Shown: in pieces, positions 58,140 to 64,000 of the stretch
Position numbering within the stretch: position 1 is the stretch's first letter
Layout of the letters: each line of letters starts with the position of its first letter
Assembly (NCBI RefSeq): GCF_039654945.1
Contig: NW_027361679.1
Location: 36,766,001 to 36,830,000, forward strand
Reading direction: 5' to 3'
Length of the DNA stretch: 64,000 bases
From: Dendrobates tinctorius
Lineage: Eukaryota
Translations under genes and position numbers: made by a program
Notes under the pieces: model-generated
Seen by the model: only the letters and a program-made list of their open reading frames with translations
Told to the model about the DNA's origin: nothing
The model's database searches: none

Positions 58140-60590
58140 GTATGTCACACAAAATGTTTAATAACAATTCCCATGTCTACTTCACATCAGCACAATTTTT
58201 TTTAAACAATTCTTTTTTTGTTAGGAAGTTAAAAAGGGTTAAAAGTTGACAAGCAATTTCTCATTTTACCAACAAAATTTTTTTTTTTTTTTTTTTTTAG
58301 GGACCATTGAAGTGACTTTGAGGGGTCTTTATGACCGAAAATACCCAAAAGCGACACTATTCTAAAAACTGCACCCCTCGTCGTGCTCGAAACCACATTC
58401 AAAAAGTTTATTAACCCTTCAGGTGCCTCACAGGAATTTTTGGAATGTGGAAGAAAAATGAACATGTTACTTTTTTCACAAAAATCTTACTTTAGACCCC
58501 AACTTTTATTTTTGCAAGGATAACAGGAAAAAAAATGGACACCAAAATCTGTTGTGCAACTTCTCCTGAGCATGCCGACCGATACCCCAGATGTGGGGGA
58601 ACCACTGGTTCGGCACATGGCAGGGCTCGGAAGGGAATGAGCACCATTTGACTTTTTGAATGCAAAATTTGTAGGAACAATTAGTGAACACCATGTCCTG
58701 TTGGACAGCCCCTGATGTGTATAAACAGTGGAAACCCCCCACAAGTGACCCTATTTTGGAAACTTGACCCCTCACGGAATGTATTTTAGTTGTGTAGTCA
58801 CAGAAGTTTATAACGTTGAGCCGTGAAAAAAAAAAAAAAAATCTCCCCACAAAAATGTTATTTTAGCCCCAATTTGTTTTATTTTCAAAAGGGTAACAGT
58901 AGAAATTGCACCACAGAATTTGTTGTGCAATTTCTCCTGACTATGCCAATATCTTATATATGGGGGAAAACTACTTTTGAGGCACAATGCAAAGCTCAGA
59001 AGAAGAGAAGCACCATATTGGAGTTCAGATTTTGCTGAAATGGTTTGCGGGTGCCATGTCAGATTGCCAGAGGTGCCAGAATAACAGAAACCCCCCTCTT
59101 ATGTGAACTCAATTTACAAACTACACCCCACAATGAATTCATCTAGGGGTGCAGTGATTATATTGACACTATGGTTGTTACAGAATTTTAAAACCATTGT
59201 GCCGGGGAAAAAAAAAAAAAATTGTTAGTACCAAAAATTTGTTTTAGCCCCAGATTTAACATTTTCACGTAAGAAGTGGGTAAAAGTGGCACCAAAATGT
59301 GTCCCACAATTTTTTCTGGACATAGTAATACCCCATATGTGGCTGAACAGTACTGATTAGCCACTCGGCGAGACTCTGGATGGATGGAGCGCCATTTGCC
59401 TCCTGAAACGCATTTTGGAAATTATCTACAGCTATAGTGACAATTTTCACTCCATGGGTGTTTTCCAGAAACTAGCAGCAGTGATGTTGCAGAGTGAAAA
59501 TTGCCAACTGCCTTTGCAGTGACCAGTACGCTATGCTCGGCCTGTGCTTCTGTAGGCACGCACCAGTAAATTAGACGGGCTCTCATCGATAAAGAAATGC
59601 CAAACATTTGAGCGCTATATGTGGTTTAGGCACACTGTGGGATCCAGAAGGAAGGATTTGGGAGGGCTGAATTTTTTTTGGGAAGGGGAGGGCCATTCTG
59701 CTTTTCCAGAGCCTTTGTACTACCCATTACGTAGAAGCCCCTTATATCTCTGTTAACAGATGACAGACCCGAGTAGGGACTTGCTTTTTTGTGGATTGAG
59801 TTGAAGCTTTTATTGGGAACATTTTACATGATGTTTGGGATCACATTTATCCAGCGCCCTCCACTGAGCACTTACATTGGGGTTTCTATCTAAATCATCG
59901 AGTGATATGACTCAGATGAAACCCCCGAGGGATCCATTCACTATAATGAGGCAGCAGAGTTACTCTTTATTAATCTTTACTTTGATATTCTTTTCAGAAG
60001 TGCACAGAACTGTGGCTAACTGCACTTTTCTGGATGCCTAAAAAGACGGACACTGCAGGATCATAGGCCAGACGACGTCCACAGTGCCTCCATCTGCCTC
60101 ATCTTCCGTCTGAATCACGTATTTCAGAGATTTACACGGAAACCCCAATGTAAGCACTCAGCGTAGAGCACAGAATAAATGTCACCGAGCCTTACTGCGA
60201 TCTTTGGGAAGCAGAATGAACAAATCAACAGCAGGTTTATAGCATTGCTATACCTTATAGCATGTCTGCCCAGCAGACACAAGATAGTTAATTATATGCA
60301 GTGCATGATCTAACTTCCTAGTGCTTGGTGACCCGGATGTCGTCATGATGATATCGGGTTACCATGGCAACTATCGGAACCCCGCGATGATGTCGTGTGG
60401 TTTTGAGCCAAAGGCAGAGGGGCTTTTTTCTCTCAGTCTGCTCTCGAAATGCTGCAATCAAGTTCGACTGCTCTTGGCACTGAATGCCGGGTGTCAGCTG
60501 TCAGAATCAGCTGACACCCAACGGCGTTTGTGCGCGCAAAATCGCCCGGATGTATCTATACTTCCCAGATTTGTAAGTACCAGGCCACGT
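58140..60590. mobile_element. Older Tx1D-like element body with diverged ~390-bp units
   Basis: Homologous to 48260-49600, with a right-end-like gtgtcagctg...cagctgacac segment near 60490-60520. Confidence 0.7.
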
Positions 60591-60608
60591 CCAAGGTGGA
60601 AAAGGGAC

Positions 60609-60657
<49 letters not shown>

Positions 60658-61841
60658 CATACACAGTAAAAAAAAAAAAAAAAGCAATTTTCAAGGGAGG
60701 GCTTCTTTAAACTTGCTTTAAAATATATTAGTTTAACCAATTTTACAACAGGTTGGGGTTTTTTGGTTATAATATAAAAACATGCAGCTTGCAACAGTTA
60801 GAAAAACGTAGTGTAAAACAAGCCTTAGCGCTGTTGTATAAAACGCATGGACACCTTTTCTTTAGGAAAGTGATGTTAGCTAAGGGGTTATTCTCATTTT
60901 TCAAAGTTATCACCTATCCTATGGATTGGTAATAACTTAAAGATCGAAGGGGGTCCGACTACTGAGCAGTCCCATAGAGAATGGATGGAGTGTTGAAGAG
61001 TATATATGACCACCATTCAGATGCGCCCAGGAGTGCAGTCTTGCTACAAGAAGTTATCACCTATCCTATGTACTGCTACTGATCATAAAAGGGTTAAGCT
61101 CATCTTTAGAAGTTATCACTTTTCTAAAGAAAGAAAACTGCAAAAAGTAAAAAAATAAAAAACGCAGGTGCGATCCCTTTTCAACAATCCGGTCCTGCAT
61201 AGAAAATTTCAATATTCTTTTTGGAAATAAAATGTGTAACCATTACTGAGTCTATCACTTTTTCTACCTATCCTTCAATGGGGAATTTCAATTTAATCAT
61301 GAGACTGTGTCGGCTTTCAATAATAACACTGGACCGAAGACCAAAGACAGCAGACGTCAGAATTACTTCCAGCAAACCATAAACACCTCCTCTCACCCAA
61401 AAAATACTCATGAGGCCTATAAAACATGCAAGCAGAGGAGAAAGCAAATAAAATATATTCCTAGGACAGCATCTAATCAATAGTCATATTCATTACCTAA
61501 ATGGAGGTCCTGAGCAAGGCACAGTCACTAACTGCAGACAACACATGACATGTACAGTTTATACTTTGAGATCATCAAGATTTTAATTTTATTTAAAAAA
61601 AAAAAAAAAAGGGGGGGGGGGGTTTGCATTAGACCATTTAAAGAAGGTTGAAATATGAATACATGTAACTTGTATACAAACAGATGGCCTGATCTTTAGC
61701 CATCACCATAGTCCTTACAGCTCCGCTCGAGGGCCGACAAGCGGAGCGTTCCCTGTGCCAGCTCATTGTCAGTGCTGCGAGTGAAAGGGGCTGGCTGCTT
61801 ATTTCCATATCTAGGCCAGCTCCTTTATCACTGCATAGCTA

Positions 61842-62308
61842 AAGTGGCATGTAAAAGTTTAGGCACCTCCGATAAAAATTACTGTTATTGTTAACAGTTA
61901 AGCAAGTTGAAGATTAAATGATCTCTTAAAAGGCCTAAAGTCATATTTCCTTTGTATTTTGAAACATGGGTCAATGCAAAAGTTTGTGCACCCTGCATGG
62001 TCAGTACCTAGTTGCACCACCTTTTGTAAGTATCACAGCTTGTAAATGCTTTTTGCAGCCAGCCAAGAGTCTTTCAATTCTTTTTTGAGGGATTTTCATC
62101 CATTCATCCATTGTTCCTTGGAAAATTCTTCCAGTTCTGTGAGATTCTTGGGTCATCATGCATGCACTGCTATTTTGATATCTAGCCACAGATTTTCAAC
62201 GATGTTCAGATTAGGGGACTGTGAGGGCCATTGGAAAACCATCAGCTTGTGCCTTTTGAGGTAATCTATTGTGGATTTTGACATGTATTTATTATCCAAT
62301 TGTAGAAG

Positions 62309-62383
<75 letters not shown>

Positions 62384-62553
62384 GCAGAGACACACATATG
62401 AATTCACTCACATACATTTACTTTGTATTTTAGGCAAAAATGTGTCATCATTAACTTTAGGCCTTTTAGAGATCATTTAACCATCACCTTTGCTTAACTG
62501 TTCACAATAACAGTAATTTTGACCTGGGGTGCCCAAACTTTAAATGTGCCAGT
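61842..62553 (-). mobile_element. Internally deleted Tc1-like element with (TA)n(GA)n microsatellite
   Basis: About 100-bp inverted ends. WPSQSPNLNIVENLW and IERLLAGCKKHLQAVILTKGGATRY on the minus strand. Confidence 0.85.
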
Positions 62554-64000
62554 ATAAAAGCCAGCCATCCAGCTGCCAGCACAGGAAAGATTGTTCTGTT
62601 GGACACCACCCAGAAAAGGAGCTGCAGATCAAAGATTGTAGCTTCCTATCGGAGCACCATTCCAACCTAAAAAATATTAAGAATTTGCATAACAAAATGT
62701 TGGCAATCACAGCTTGGGAGCATCTGAGACTGCTAGATCAGCTGTCAAGCACAGGGAGGGTTGAAAGAACACACCCCGATAGAACAATCTGGCGAAATGT
62801 GTAAAAACCGATTGCAACGTTTTTGCCACATTTTTGGGTGTTTCAATGAGGGAATTCTATTAAATACAACTTGATGAATTCTGAGATCAATATTGCCCAT
62901 TCAAGGTCCGTCACACTCAGATGGCACTTGAATGTTATCCGAGTGCAGTCTGATCTTTTCTCGGAGCCACTGACTTGCATGGCCAATTTTGACAACACAT
63001 GAATGGTCCCATAGACTATCACAGGTACGAACGCAATCCGTGAAAAACACTGATAGCATTTGTACGACAAAATCAGATGTATGAATGAGCCCTAAGAGAA
63101 ATAAGCTTGGAAATCTCCATTGTTTCCATAATAGAAAGACAGATGCCTCACTGATGAAAATGGACAAACGGACCAAAAATAGACAATAATTGGATTCAGA
63201 ATACTGATATAAATGTAGACTGTTTTCCTCGTACGCATACAAAAATAAACATAGTGAGAAGTAAAGAAAGAATTAAGAGCAGCCAAAAGAAGACTTCAGT
63301 ACAATAAAACCCACACAACCTGAAGAGTGACTTTATGTGATACTGTTCAGTAATGGAACGTCTATTTGCCTGTAAAGAACACTGCTACAATGTGTCATCT
63401 GTGGGCAACCCCAGACATGAAGATTATGGTTAGTCAAACCCAGAGCCGGGATGGGCTGACAATCTCGCTGATCACAGGTAATAAGGACTGGTGGAGAACT
63501 AAGCAGAGCCAGACGTGTTTGACAGGTGCCTACCTCTAGCTCGACCTAGAAATATCAAGTCACAAGGAATCTGTCATTAAAGCAGATCATAAAAAGGGGA
63601 TTAGCAAGTCTGTTTGGACATATTGGCAGGCAGGAACCAGTGCTCCCTAGCACCTAGAGGCCATGGATATGCCACTGGCCTTGCGTGCGCCCTGTGTATA
63701 AGAGGTCCCCTCTGGTTGGAGCGTCTTAGGGCCTCTACTTTGCCACAGTCACGTATTCAGAATCTCAACCTAATCCTGGGAGAAGCTTTATACCCCACTT
63801 TCATACTCTGGAGAAAAAAATCCATGTAAAATAACCGCTGGAGGGGTGCTTTAAATGTAAGTCCCTTGTCCCCCATCTGATACACACCTTCCAGGGATTT
63901 CACCGCCACTCCTGCCTCCAACAAAAATTGACCTGCCCACAGCGCCAGAGTTTCATGGAACACGTCGGTGGTCACTTTACACACGTCTATGAGGGCCTCC

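Noticed and set aside
57288-62382. (TA)n, (TG)n, (CA)n and (GA)n tracts and their YIYI / THTH ORFs
   Set aside because: Ordinary microsatellites with no coding evidence.

Overview
Vertebrate genomic DNA, most likely a frog (inferred from the transposon repertoire). It is not prokaryotic, and I found no rRNA, tRNA or CRISPR array. The only recognisable host gene is RUFY3 on the minus strand: coding exon 1 at 27376-27553 and a 54-nt cassette exon at 2877-2930, with the gene continuing off the left edge. Positions 2931-27375 are RUFY3 intron 1, and sequence above about 28.4 kb is upstream. Most of the rest is nested transposable elements: a full-length but decayed DIRS retrotransposon, CR1 and L2 LINEs, an ERV pol/env relic, solo LTRs, Tc1/TRT relics, Penelope-like inverted insertions, Tx1D-like TTAA elements with internal ~390-bp arrays and TTAGGG repeats, and many Harbinger, hAT, Kolobok and Tigger-type MITEs. 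The most notable observations are: (1) a 4.0-kb Harbinger element whose transposase is deleted to a C-terminal stub but which keeps an apparently intact 7-exon, 652-aa MADF-BESS gene containing a (PYQTPS)x11 repeat; (2) two in-frame GT-AG introns in the DIRS gag 5' region, with a first exon phase-compatible with RUFY3; (3) CpG-rich cores flanked by outward-facing splice donors in several MITE families. All calls were made by eye, with no database searches.
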